Source: Felis catus (Eukaryota). Taken from it: a DNA stretch of 64,000 bases. Shown piece by piece: positions 38,212 through 48,860 of the stretch (the first letter of the stretch is position 1; the number at the start of each line of letters is the position of its first letter). The stretch covers positions 106,208,001 to 106,272,000 of the forward strand of contig NC_058368.1 of NCBI RefSeq assembly GCF_018350175.1, in the 5' to 3' direction. The notes beneath the pieces were generated by a model. The model did not search any database and was not told where the DNA came from. It saw only the letters and a list, made by a program, of their open reading frames with translations. Position numbers and translations under genes: made by a program.

Positions 38212-39099
38212 TCACAGGATCCCCCTTAAGATATCTTGTAGGGCTGGTTTAGTGCTGATGAATTCCTTCAGTTTTTGTTTGTTTGGGAAGACCTTTATCT
38301 CTCCTTCTATTCTAAATGACAGACTTGCTGGTAAACGATTCTCGGCTGCATATTTTTTCTGTTCATCACATTGAAGATTTCCTGCCATTCCTTTCTGGCC
38401 TGCCAAGTTTCAGTAGATAGATCCGTCACGAGTCTTATCGGTCACCCTTTATATGTTAGAGCACGTTTATCCCTAGCTGCTTTCAGAATTCTCTTTTTAT
38501 CCTTGTATTTTGCCAGTTTCACTATGATATGTCGTGCAGAAGATCGATTCAAGTTACATCTGCAGGGAGTTCTCTGTGCCTCTTGGATTTCAATTCCTTT
38601 TTCCTTCCCCAGATCAGGGAAGTTCTCAGCTATTATTTCTTCAAGTACACCTTTAGCACCTTTCCCTCTCTTTTCCTCCTCTGGAATACCAATTATGCGT
38701 AGATTATTTCTCTTTAGTGCATCACTTATTCTCTCATTTTCCCCTCATACTCCTGGATTTTTTTTATCTTTTTCTCAGTTTCTTCTTTTTCCATAATTTT
38801 ATCTTCTAGTTCACCTATTCTCTCCTCTGCCTTTTCAATCCGAGCTGTGGTCATCTCCATTTTATTTTGCACTCATTAATAGCATGTTTTAGCTCCTCCT
38901 GGCTGTTCCTTAGTCCCTTGATCTCTGTAGCAAGAGATTCTCTGCTGTCCTCTATACTGTTTTCAAGCCCAGCGATTATTTTTATGACTATTATTCTAAA
39001 TTCACCTTCTGTTATATTGTTTAAATCATTTTTGATCAGTTCGTTAGCTGTTGTTATTTCCTGGACGTTTTTCTGAGGGGAATTCTTCCATTTCATCAT
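38212..39099 (-). pseudogene. L1 ORF1, frameshifted
   Basis: MMKWKNSPQK...EFRIIVIKII N-terminus; PASLSFRIEGEIKVFPNKQKLKEFISTKPALQDILRGIL C-terminus. Confidence 0.93.
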
Positions 39100-40603
39100 T
39101 TTGGATAGTCCCTGGAGTGGTGCGGGACTGCGGGGCACTTCCCCTGTGCTGTCTTGAATAACTTGTGTTGGTGGGCAGAGTTGCAGTCAGACCTGACGTC
39201 AGCCCCCAGCCCACCGCTGGGGCCACAATCAGACTGGTGTGTGCCTTCTCTTCCCCTCTCCTAGGGGCGGGATTCACTGTGGGGTGGTGTGGCCCATCTG
39301 GGCTACTTGCACCCTGCCAGGCTTGTGGTGCTGGGGATCTGGTGTATTAGCTGGGGTGGATCGGCAAGGTGCACAGGGGCAGGAGGGGCAGGCTTAGCTC
39401 GCTTTTCCTTCGGTGATCCGCTTCGGGAGGGGCCTTGAGGCACCGGGAGGGAGTCAGACCCGCCGCCGGAGGGATGGATCCGCAGAAGCACAGCGATGGG
39501 TGTTTGCACGCTGCAAGCAAGTTCCCTGACGGGTACTGGTTCCCTTTGGGATTTTGGCTGGGGGATGGGCGAGGGAGATGATGCTGGCAAGCGCCTTTGT
39601 TCCCCACCAAGCTGAGCTCTGTTGTCCGGGGCTCAAAAACTCTCCAACTCTCCCTCCCATTGTCCTCCAGCCCTCCCGCTCTCCGAGCAGAGCTGTTAAC
39701 TTATAACCTTCCAGATGTCAAGTCCCGCTTGCTGTCAGAACACACTCCATCTGGCCCCTCCGCTTTTGCAAGCCAGACTCGGGGGCTTTGCTTTGCCGGC
39801 GGGCTGCCCCTCCGCCCGGGCTCCCTCCCGCCAGTCCGTGGAGCGTGCACCGCCTCGCCACCCTTCCTACCCTCTTCCGTGGGCCTCTCTCTGCGCTTGG
39901 CTCCAGAGAATACATTCTGCTAGTCTTCTGGAGGTTTTCTGGGTTATTTAGGCACGTGTGGGTGGAAACTAAGTGATCAGCAGGAGGGGGTGAGCCCAGC
40001 ATCCTCCTGTGCCGCCATCTTCCCAAACTCCCTCCTTCCTTTTCTGTTTAAATCTGCATGGCTTTAGTTGGTTTCTCGCATTTGCTATCAGTTGCAATCA
40101 GTTTCCCTAAGGTTTAGTTAAACATTAGGGATTTTCACTCTGCTTTATGCAAAAGATGACTATCTTGGCAGTTCCTTGCAAAATCTGCATTAGAAGTCTG
40201 GTGAAGAGAAGGATGGGGAACTCTGACAGGTGGAAGCTTCATTGGGAGACTGACAGTGCATCTTGCTGGTGAGACAGTACATAAGGGGAGGACCCACCTT
40301 GGAGGTTTTCCACTTTCCTTTCTCAATTAGCTTCCTTGTTATTTCTCTTCTTACTATGAAAAACTCAGGGTGTGGGTTGTAGATTGTGTGTGGAGAATAG
40401 GGAAGGCAGTCATAGGCAATGAAAGGGAAGGGAAGGTGCAGGCCTGAGGAATAAAAGTAAACTATTATGGTCCTTCTCTGGGATAGCTTTTCACATTCCA
40501 GAGGGCCAGTCCAGGGTATACATGAGTATACTCATGCTATAGATGAAACTACAATACATCTACCACCCATGAACAGTCACTGCAATATAAATATCTGATT
40601 CAA

Positions 40604-40784
40604 CCTTTCCTTAGCCCTTCCCCTCCTTCCCTTCTTCCTTCCTTCTTTCCCTCCCTTCCTCCTTCCCTTCCTTCCTTCCTTCCTTCATTCCATCCTTCTT
40701 CCCTTCCTTCCCTTCTTCCTTCCTTCTTTCCCTTCCTCCCTCCCTCCCGTCCTTCCTTCCTTCCATCCTTCTTACCTCCCTCCC

Positions 40785-40839
<55 letters not shown>

Positions 40840-40840
40840 C
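40604..40840. repeat. Polypyrimidine (CCTT)n-like and (TTTC)n compound repeat
   Basis: Seen directly. Confidence 0.95.
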
Positions 40841-41804
40841 GATTGTTTGCTTGCTGTCAGCAAACTGTTAGATCCTATTTAATTATTCCCAGTCAAGGAA
40901 ATCAAGGGCTATACTGGTTAGATGGCCAGTTTAAAGTCTCTAGTTTGAGTCATCAAGGTGGTGCCTCAACTTCTTTAGTTTCTAGTAAACAGGATTGGAA
41001 TAAGGAGTACCCAAGTCCAAAGATACAGGTTTGTTGGAGCAAACACTCACTCAATTCCATTGCTGCCTTTCTTTTTAGGACATTAATGTTTTGACATCTC
41101 AACCTCATTACACAAGATATTTCAGACAAAGTACTTTGTGTGTAAATCCAGTAAGTACAGATATGTTGGAAATTTTAACTTCCAACCCAAGTGTCACCAG
41201 CCTACCAAACCCATACTGGACTAATTCAGTGTGTGAATGTGATGATTTCTTGCCTGCTGCTAAGCCAAGTAAACAGAAATATGTTCTTGTAGCAATAAGC
41301 ACTTGCAAACTAGTGAAATAAACAGGAAATAATAATAAATTAACAACAACAAAAAAAACCTGAAAGAGGTAACAAATAATTTCATTTAAATGTTGGCTAA
41401 TTTAGTATAGGTAGTGACCATATAGATACAATTAATGAATATTGTTTTAGTATCAAAATATCAACTTTAATGTTCAAAACATCTGGAAAGGTGATATTTA
41501 CTGGGTTTGATCTCATGAATTTTTATTAAAAAAATAGTTCTTAGAAATTTTTTTTCTTAGAACTCTTCTTTATCTGCATCGTGATAATGAGATAGAGATG
41601 TAGGGCACAGATAGTGTTCACATGAATTATTGTGCAATAGGAATTTTGAATCATATGAATATATGATTAAAAGGTGTCACCTGTGGTTTCAGGCTTGAAT
41701 AATATTAAGGCTGAGTTGCCTGAACTTGTTTTAGGTCTGAGGTGTGAAGGGGCAGGACCTTTGAGGGCATCATCTAGTTCATCCAATGAAGTATTTTTCT
41801 CAAC

Positions 41805-41863
41805 TTGTTAATTTTTAATTTTTTAATGTTTGTTTATTTCTTTTTGAGAGAGAGAAAGAGGGA

Positions 41864-41901
<38 letters not shown>

Positions 41902-42050
41902 ACCAGTGTAGGAGGGGCAGAGAGAGAGAGAGGGAGACAGAGAATCCAAAGCAGGCTCCAGGCTCGACATGGGGCTCGAACTCACTAACTGTGAGGTCAT
42001 GACCTGAGCTGAAGTTGGACACTTAACCGTCTGAGTCAATCTGGAGCCCC
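41805..42050 (-). mobile_element. CanSINE
   Basis: TSD TCCAAT(G/A)AAGTATT at 41782-41795 and 42051-42064. Confidence 0.93.
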
Positions 42051-42539
42051 TCCAATAAAGTATTAACATGTTGGAAAGAATGATTCTTCCTCATAAACTA
42101 AATGCTAATGTTAACTTCCAGAATCTGATAGATAAGGTATCTTCACAACTATTCATGTAATCAAGAATGAGAAGGAAAATACTTAAAGTTTTTAAAGAGC
42201 AAATAGTTTCAGTTTTTGATCCAATTGATTAAAAAAATCATGTGAGGGTTATCACAGAAATATGTGAAGATTTTAATATCTTATTCCTTTTATCATAAAT
42301 TTCTGAATGCTGCTTTGTTTAGGAATGACAAGCTCAAAATCTAAGTATATTTAGAAACAAAAATAAAAGTGAAGTGAATTCTGTTTCCAGAAGAGTCATA
42401 AGTTAATTTTACAAATTATTTCAGATGATGAATGCCCTGCGAGGCTATGCCTAGGCAGCTTCTCTGGATCTGCTTTTCCTTCTCTGTGAAACCTGAACAA
42501 GTGGAGGGCAAAATGACAGTATCCAGAAAAATAATACAT

Positions 42540-43550
42540 ATGTTTTCTCTTGGACTCAGCAATAAATCCCATTTCTAGGAAGCTATCCCAAAATTACATT
42601 GGGAAAAATATATCCCATGTGCATAGATTCATTACTTATAACACTATTCATAATGGCAAAAGATTAAAAACAAGCCCATCAGTGGAGAGCAAGTTGAATA
42701 AGTTATGATATCATCACCTGATGGAGTATATACAACCATAAAAGGAAGTGAGGAGAATGTCTGCATAATGATAGATTGGGGTCACCAGAGTACATTAGGT
42801 GGAAAAAGCAAGGTGGACATCAGTGTATACAGTAAGGTACATTTCATCATCAACAGTGATGAGCAGTCTGATTCACAACAACTAGATATCATGTTTATCT
42901 TGATGTAATACAGCATAAAATACATAGATTCTCCTATGAAGTATTCTTGCCAAAAGTGCTTGACCGGAGTCTAAGTCTATAGGTCTAATTCTCAGTTTAC
43001 TTGAAATATGGGGGACAGAGGAACATTTTAAAGGGGACATGGGGGAACAATCAGATCAAAGCAGAAGGTGGGACACTCTCCACAACCACTGGTCTATTGT
43101 CTTTAAAAAGGAAACTTCTGGGGAAAAGATAAAGAGGTTGTGATAAGGACTCTTCTAGATTAAAAGAGAATTTAGACTTCAGAGCTTGAATTGATTCTGG
43201 TTTTAGACCAACCAATTCCCAAAGACATTTTGGAAGCAATTAAATATGGACTAAGTATGAGATGGTATTAAAGAATTGTTGTTAATCTTCTCACATGTGA
43301 TCATGATATGGTGATGAGGTAGGGAAATGTCCTTCTTTCAGAGATGTCCCTAGGTATTTAGGATAGAAATACTATGTTGTCTGCGATTAAAATGCTTCAG
43401 AAAAAAATAGTTTAAACAAACTGACCAGAATGTTAACCATCACGAACTCTAGGTGATGGCTATATGGTAGGGGGTATTATTATTATATTATTTCTACTTT
43501 TATGCGTGTTTGCAAATTTTATTTGATAAAAAGCTAAAAAATAAAATAAA
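42540..43550 (+). mobile_element. Old L1 (L1MC/L1ME-type) 3' region
   Basis: GACTCAGCAAT...CCCATTTCTAGGAAGCTATCC; CCTATGAAGTATTCTTGCCAAAA; AAAGACATTTTGG...AATATGGACT; TCTAGGTGATGGCTATATGG. Confidence 0.75.
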
Positions 43551-43579
43551 ACAACAAGACACTAAATGAGGTGACTCCT

Positions 43580-43770
43580 TCAGTCCCTATCCCTTCCCCC
43601 TCTTGGAGACTGGGAGCAGGCAAGAGCTGGAGCAGCTGCCTTGACCCCCGCTAAATAGAAGGCATGAGTTGAAGTTGGCAGAGTAGTGCCAGGTATGGAG
43701 CACCCGCCCACCAGTACTGGACTACCTGTCTACCCAGGGAGAAATAATTATTATAATTAAGCCATTGGAA
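43580..43770 (+). mobile_element. MLT1-like LTR fragment
   Basis: GCTGGAGCAGCTGCCTTGACC...CTGGACTACCT...GAGAAATAA...TTAAGCCATTG. Confidence 0.5.
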
Positions 43771-45675
43771 AAATATTTAATTTTAAGTGTTGTAAATTTC
43801 CAGGATGTGCCAAGAAATGAAATATTCATGCTGAATCTCAGAATTCCCACTGCCCCCTCCCAGACCTTTGAGACTAAATCTTAGACCCTATGGGATTTGC
43901 AAAAGTGGGGCCCATGGAAGAACTCACTGTGATATTTGGAACATTGTTAATTCCTAATAAAAGTTGCCAAAGAATTTCTTTGATATATGTCACTAATGAC
44001 CAAATGACCTGCCTCCATGTAGGTGGCTTATTAAATAGAAATGAAGCTACCCTGAGGATTCAGAATAAACATACAAAACTTTGCATAAATGTCCTTCCCA
44101 AATGTTATATTTCACCAACACTGAGGAAGGGAAAGTTGCCGTAAACAGACGTACTTAAATATAAAAAAAACTGTTTCTAAAATGCATGAATAAAATACAT
44201 GTGTAAAATATCTTCTTGGCAGGATGGTGATTGGCAGAAGTTTCTAGGCATGGTTTTTAGTCTGTGGCAAAAATGATAGTTAAACATTTAATTTGCTTGA
44301 GAATTGCTGCCCAGACTGTTATTATAGGATCACTTATTTGGTGCTGTAAAAATTTTATATTTCAAGAAGTGTTTGATGTGTCTAAGACATATGGTAATGT
44401 TAATACCACCCAACCTTCTAACCCACTTCTCATCTTTAATGTTGAATTGGCTTCATGAGTTCTTGTGGGGAATAATCTTGTGCGCAATGATGGCTCATTA
44501 ACACAAACAAAGCAACTGACGGTAGGAAGAGTGAGGCTTCCCATTAAAATCAAGCTATGATGAGAGACGAAGACAGTGATTAAAACCTGAGCGAGACCCC
44601 CTTCCTGTATGGAAGTGTTAAGTGGAAGTCTTATATTCACCCTTCCCTACCTGGTTTTACCGATCCGTCTCCCTCACACATTCCATCCCACTCCCACCCA
44701 CCTCCTCAAGCTCTGCTACAGTCAAGGAACTCAGCTTCCTGGCCCATTGCAAACACCTTTTGTGGATTTTTGACTTTCTAAACCTCTGCCTTCCCCAAAC
44801 CTCCTATAATCCAAAATATGACTGCTGTAGAATTTTGTCAGAATACTTACAGACGCAAGTAATTTGTCTACACAAAGTCAGAATTCTTAAGTTACAGTGG
44901 TAAAATCCTATGGGCATAAGATGACTCTGTGTCTACTATATGATGCTTTTTGTTCAGTTTTACTTCTATCTGCTGCCTAAACGATCTGCAACAGAGGGGA
45001 CTGGGAGCAGGTTAGAGGGGAAAGTCAAACCAGAAATGGAAATGGGGGAGAGGAGATCATATATACACTGAAAATAAAGGAAGGGGATTTATTTGCATTG
45101 ACTTGCATTTAGTCACAATATTTATTTTCAGATAACATTAAAAGCAATTAAATTTCTATATTCCATAAAAGGGAACCTGAGAAATACTGCATTGTCCCTA
45201 ATCAAAAGTAACAGAAACGTCTAGACTCTTCCCATGTGTTTGTTTTTATTTTAATTTAACAATAAATTTACTCACTTGCAGTTACTCTTAGTGTCTTACC
45301 CCCTTTTTGCAATAATTAGCAACTGTAATAAATAATTATATATATTTTACTGAGCTGTCTTTGGTTCTTTCTGAAAGTGAATACCAAATTTATGGAAAAA
45401 AACAAAAACAAAAACAGGAACAGACACATGGGCTGATTTAAGAGTACATACAATACTGCTTAGCTGTCCCAATATTTTCATTGACTCTTTTATGGTGAGA
45501 TTTCAGGTGAGGAATTGTTCTTGGCTCATATAAATTTTGGCAACGTAGCTTGTAGCTCTCCTAATAAATCAAAGTGTCTCATATTCATGGTGCCAAATAT
45601 TTTCATGACTCACTTATATCTGTAGTTGATCAAAATCTATCTCCATGCCTTGGGGTGATGTTAAACATGATGTGA

Positions 45676-45805
45676 GGGGCACCTGGGTAGTTCAGTTGAT
45701 TAAGTAAGTGTCTGACTCTTGATCTCAGCTCAGGTCTTGATCTCAGGTCTTGAGGTCAAGCCCCAGGCTGGGTGTGGAGCCTACTTTAAAAACAAAACAA
45801 AACAA
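45676..45805 (+). mobile_element. Short CanSINE with an (AAAAC)n tail
   Basis: GGGGCACCTGGGTAGTTCAG head; TCTTGATCTCAG repeated. Confidence 0.88.
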
Positions 45806-45806
45806 A

Positions 45807-45983
45807 GGGGCACCTCGGTGGCTCAATCGGTTAAGCATCCAACTCTTGATTTCAGCTCAGGTCATGATCTCTGGGTCGCACTCTGTGCTGACCCTGAGGA
45901 GACAGCTAGGGATTCTCTGTCTCCCTCTCTCTCTGTCCCTCCCCCATTCACTCACTCTCAAAATAAGTGAACATTCAAAAAAA
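45807..45983 (+). mobile_element. CanSINE in tandem with the previous one
   Basis: GGGGCACCTCGGTGGCTCAATCGGTTAAGC head, CT tract, A tail. Confidence 0.9.
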
Positions 45984-46394
45984 TGATGAGAAAAATAAGT
46001 GTAACCCAATGAGTTTTTCATGAAGTTGATTTTATTTATTTTAAAAGACTGTCCTTTATTATAATAGTATTCCTTTCTTGGCTTTTAACGTTGAAATAAA
46101 TCCTTCCCTTTATAAAACAATGGTGACAGTAGCAGGTAATTGTTTTAACGTGTGCTTAATGTTTTTAATTTAACAAATTAAAGGATGGCAAACCTGTGTC
46201 TCCTTAGTTGTTCTGTTCCCACTAGAGGAGGACAGATTTTACTTGTAGTGGAAATCCAAAAGCTGAAACCCACTGCTCATGGTCTGCATGGTCTGCTTTC
46301 TCCATAGTCTTCCTGGACCTGCTTTGAAAGTTGTTTTTCCAGGTGACTGAATCAGATTACAGCTAGGAGAGAAAAGGATCCAATTTCAAAGGTG

Positions 46395-46453
46395 CTTTTC
46401 AAGTCATAAACAGACTTTTCAAGTCATAAACTGACTTTTCAAGTTGTAAACTG
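46395..46453. repeat. 20-bp tandem repeat, 3 copies
   Basis: CTTTTCAAGTCATAAACAGA / CTTTTCAAGTCATAAACTGA / CTTTTCAAGTTGTAAACTG. Confidence 0.92.
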
Positions 46454-47319
46454 CTTGATACTAACACTTTTTTTTTTTAACTGAAAAGATGTTTTTGAAT
46501 TGAAAAGACCATCCCTTCTGAATAAACTGAGAAAGCATTTTCTTCATCTGCGCAAAAAAGATCAAAGAGCCTGTCTTTCTCCTGGGCTCTTCGCTGTGAT
46601 TTCAAAGTAATCATTTTCAGATTGATAAACCAGAGTTGGCCTTGGAGTTACCAGGTTTTTCTTTATTAGGAAATCTGAGGTTAGCTAGAACCCAGCTGCA
46701 GAACATAAGAGAAGAAAGAGGGAAATGTGAGGCAATGCTTAATGGTTTCATTATGTACAATTAACCATTTATTTCACACTCCTTAAAAGCAGGGGCCTGG
46801 GATGATGGTGTCTGCAAGAAAAAAAAAAAAAGTGTAACTAAATGCCCCTCAGTTTTTTACCTTCAGTTAAAATTTCATCATTGCAGAAAATTTTATAATT
46901 CTTTGCACTTGTTTCTTCACCATCTGCTCTCCCATTTTGGGAATTCTTAGTTCAAGGTCCCGATCTAAATGGGGGATTTAAAAAACAGTTATTGTTAAGG
47001 ACAGAGAATAGTATTTTTCACCTAAAAAGAAATATGGATGTAGATATGGACTTAAATTTACACATTAATCAGTAATTTTGGAACATTTTGTAAAGAGCAA
47101 TGACTAGGCACTCTAAGGATAGAATTTCAACATACATGTCAATACCAAACTTTAAGTTTTCAAAAGTACTTTTTGTAGAACAACCCAATTTTGTGTTTTC
47201 TGAAGAAAGAGTTCAAATATTCCTTGATCTGACCAATTCATAATTTTTTTTTTTTTTTTTTTTTTTGTCGTTTTCGCTCTTTCTGTCGGGACTTTTTTTT
47301 TTTTTTTAATTCTTCCAAT

Positions 47320-48860
47320 CGCGTCTCCAGCGATTTTAGGTCTTACTGTTTAGTGAATGAACTCTCTCGACCCAATTCCAGCAGCCTGGTTGCCCTTGAC
47401 TCTAGCCACGACTTCAGGATCCCCGGCTTTCCCTGCATTCGGGGACCGTCCTTTCCCGGCCAGAGGCCTGGGCCCGGGTCGAGCCGCACACTCGCCGGGG
47501 CGGCGGGACGCGCGCCCAGAGAGGAGGCGGCGACGGAGCCCGAGCCGTCCCAGCGGCGGCGCCCCGAGCAGGGGTTGGCCGGGAGCCTGGAGACGGGCTG
47601 CAGGCGGACGACACGGCCGCGGTTCCGAGCAGAGATGCACGAGCCCAAGAGCACCAGGAGGGGAGATGGTGGCCACCCGGAGCAGTTCGCGGGGACCCAG
47701 TGTGTCCGTACCCCCGGAGGGGAGGGGGGAGCTCCTGGGCGCGGGGCGGGGGCGCGGGGCGGAGCAGGGGCGGGGCTCGGGCCTGGATCCCACCTGACTT
47801 GGGGGCATCCCCGGCAGAGGCGTGGCCCTGAGACCCTGCGCGGATTCTGGCGGGTTAAGACCCGCAGCGGCTGCGCTTGTCAGCCCTCGCCAACTCCAGC
47901 TTCTCCAGGCTCGAATTCAGCGTCCAAGTTGCAGCCTCCCGAAAGCCCACACCCAGCAGAAGAACGTCTGCTCCTGGACATAGTTCTCCCGAGGGTGGTG
48001 GGGTTGGCTCAGGGCCGCAAAGCCGTCGGGGGTTGAGCCAGCCTGCAGCGAGAAGGCTGAGAGGGCCAGAGAACCCCGCAGGGCGCGGACAGCCGTCGGG
48101 GCTTGCGAATTGGACTCCTAGATTGCGAGGCCCCTGATAGGTGATGACCTAAGCCTTATCCCCGGCATCCCTCGGGGCGATTTCTTCCGTGCACACTTCT
48201 GGTTCTGTTTCTCAAGATCACCCTCTTCCTCCCAGAAAGGCTGACTCAAGCTGCAGGTGCCAGCCCTCAGCTCAGAGTAGCCGTGGTCTCTGCGGAAAGC
48301 TGCATTTGAAAACAAGGGCTGGGATCGCAAGCTGCTCTCTGCTCCGGTTGCCCCCATGCTCCTGCCATGGTTAACAGGACTAGCGGCTGGAATAGGCTTC
48401 CTGCATTTCGTGCAGAAACTGGTGTTCCCTTATTTCTGGGATGACTTCTGGTACCTGCTGAAGGTGGTACGCTATGGAATTCGGCTGGAGATGTACGCGC
48501 TGAAAGGGGAGCTGTTCACTGTCCTGGATAAATTCCTGAGTCTTGCCAAGAAGCAGCCCCAGAAACCTTTCATCATCTATGAGGGAGACATCTACACTTA
48601 CCAGGATGTGGACAAAAGGAGTAGCAGAGTGGCTCACGTGTTCCTGAACCATTCCACGCTGAAAAGGGGGGACACCGTGGCTCTGCTGATGAGCAACGAG
48701 CCTGACTTCGTCCATGTGTGGTTCGGCCTGGCCAAGCTGGGCTGCGTGGTGGCCTTCCTCAATTCCAACATTGTCTCCAACTCCCTTCTGCATTGCATCC
48801 GCAGCTGTGAGCCCAGGGCCCTCGTGGTGGGTGCAGGTAAAAAGCCCGTCCGGGTGAGGT
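47320..48860 (+). promoter_or_regulatory. SLC27A6: CpG island / promoter and 5' UTR of SLC27A6
   Basis: Abrupt rise in GC and CpG; clustered GGGGCGG(G) GC boxes at ~47743-47776; directly upstream of and overlapping the first coding exon; TSS cannot be placed from sequence. Confidence 0.9.
48356..48836 (+). CDS. SLC27A6: First coding exon of long-chain fatty acid transport protein 6 (FATP6, very-long-chain acyl-CoA synthetase family); partial CDS
   Basis: MLLPWLTGLAAG...FPYFWDDFW...KPFIIYEGDIYTYQDVDKRSSRVAHVFLNHS...GDTVALLMSNEPDFVHVWFGLAKLGCVVAFLN...RALVVGA matches the FATP6 N-terminus; donor CAG|GTAAAA after 48836 (481 nt, phase 1); the ORF-track tail beyond it is intron read-through. Confidence 0.96.

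Larger units (their letters stand above)
34112..40035 (-). mobile_element. Full-length felid LINE-1 (5924 bp), inactivated by frameshifts
   Basis: 5' end GGAGGGAGTTTGGGAAGATGGCGGC, CpG-rich 5' UTR, ORF1, ORF2, 3' UTR with AATAAA and A-rich tail; perfect TSD TTCCTTTTCTGTTT at 34098-34111 and 40036-40049. Confidence 0.98.
33690..40090 (+). mobile_element. Ancient ERVL/MaLR-type LTR split by the L1 (parts ~33690-34111 and 40036-40090)
   Basis: Removing the L1 gives AATTCCTTTTCTGTTTAAATCTGCATGGCTTTAGTTGGTTTCT...TTGC, like MaLR/ERVL LTR 3' ends. Confidence 0.45.

Noticed and set aside
46395..46453. Direct repeats as a possible CRISPR-like array
   Set aside because: Units are contiguous with no spacers, no cas genes are present, and the context is mammalian
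47343..48137. Several overlapping 66-227 aa ORFs in the CpG island
   Set aside because: Low-complexity Pro/Arg/Gly/Ala peptides, expected from stop-codon scarcity in GC-rich DNA; no recognisable domain
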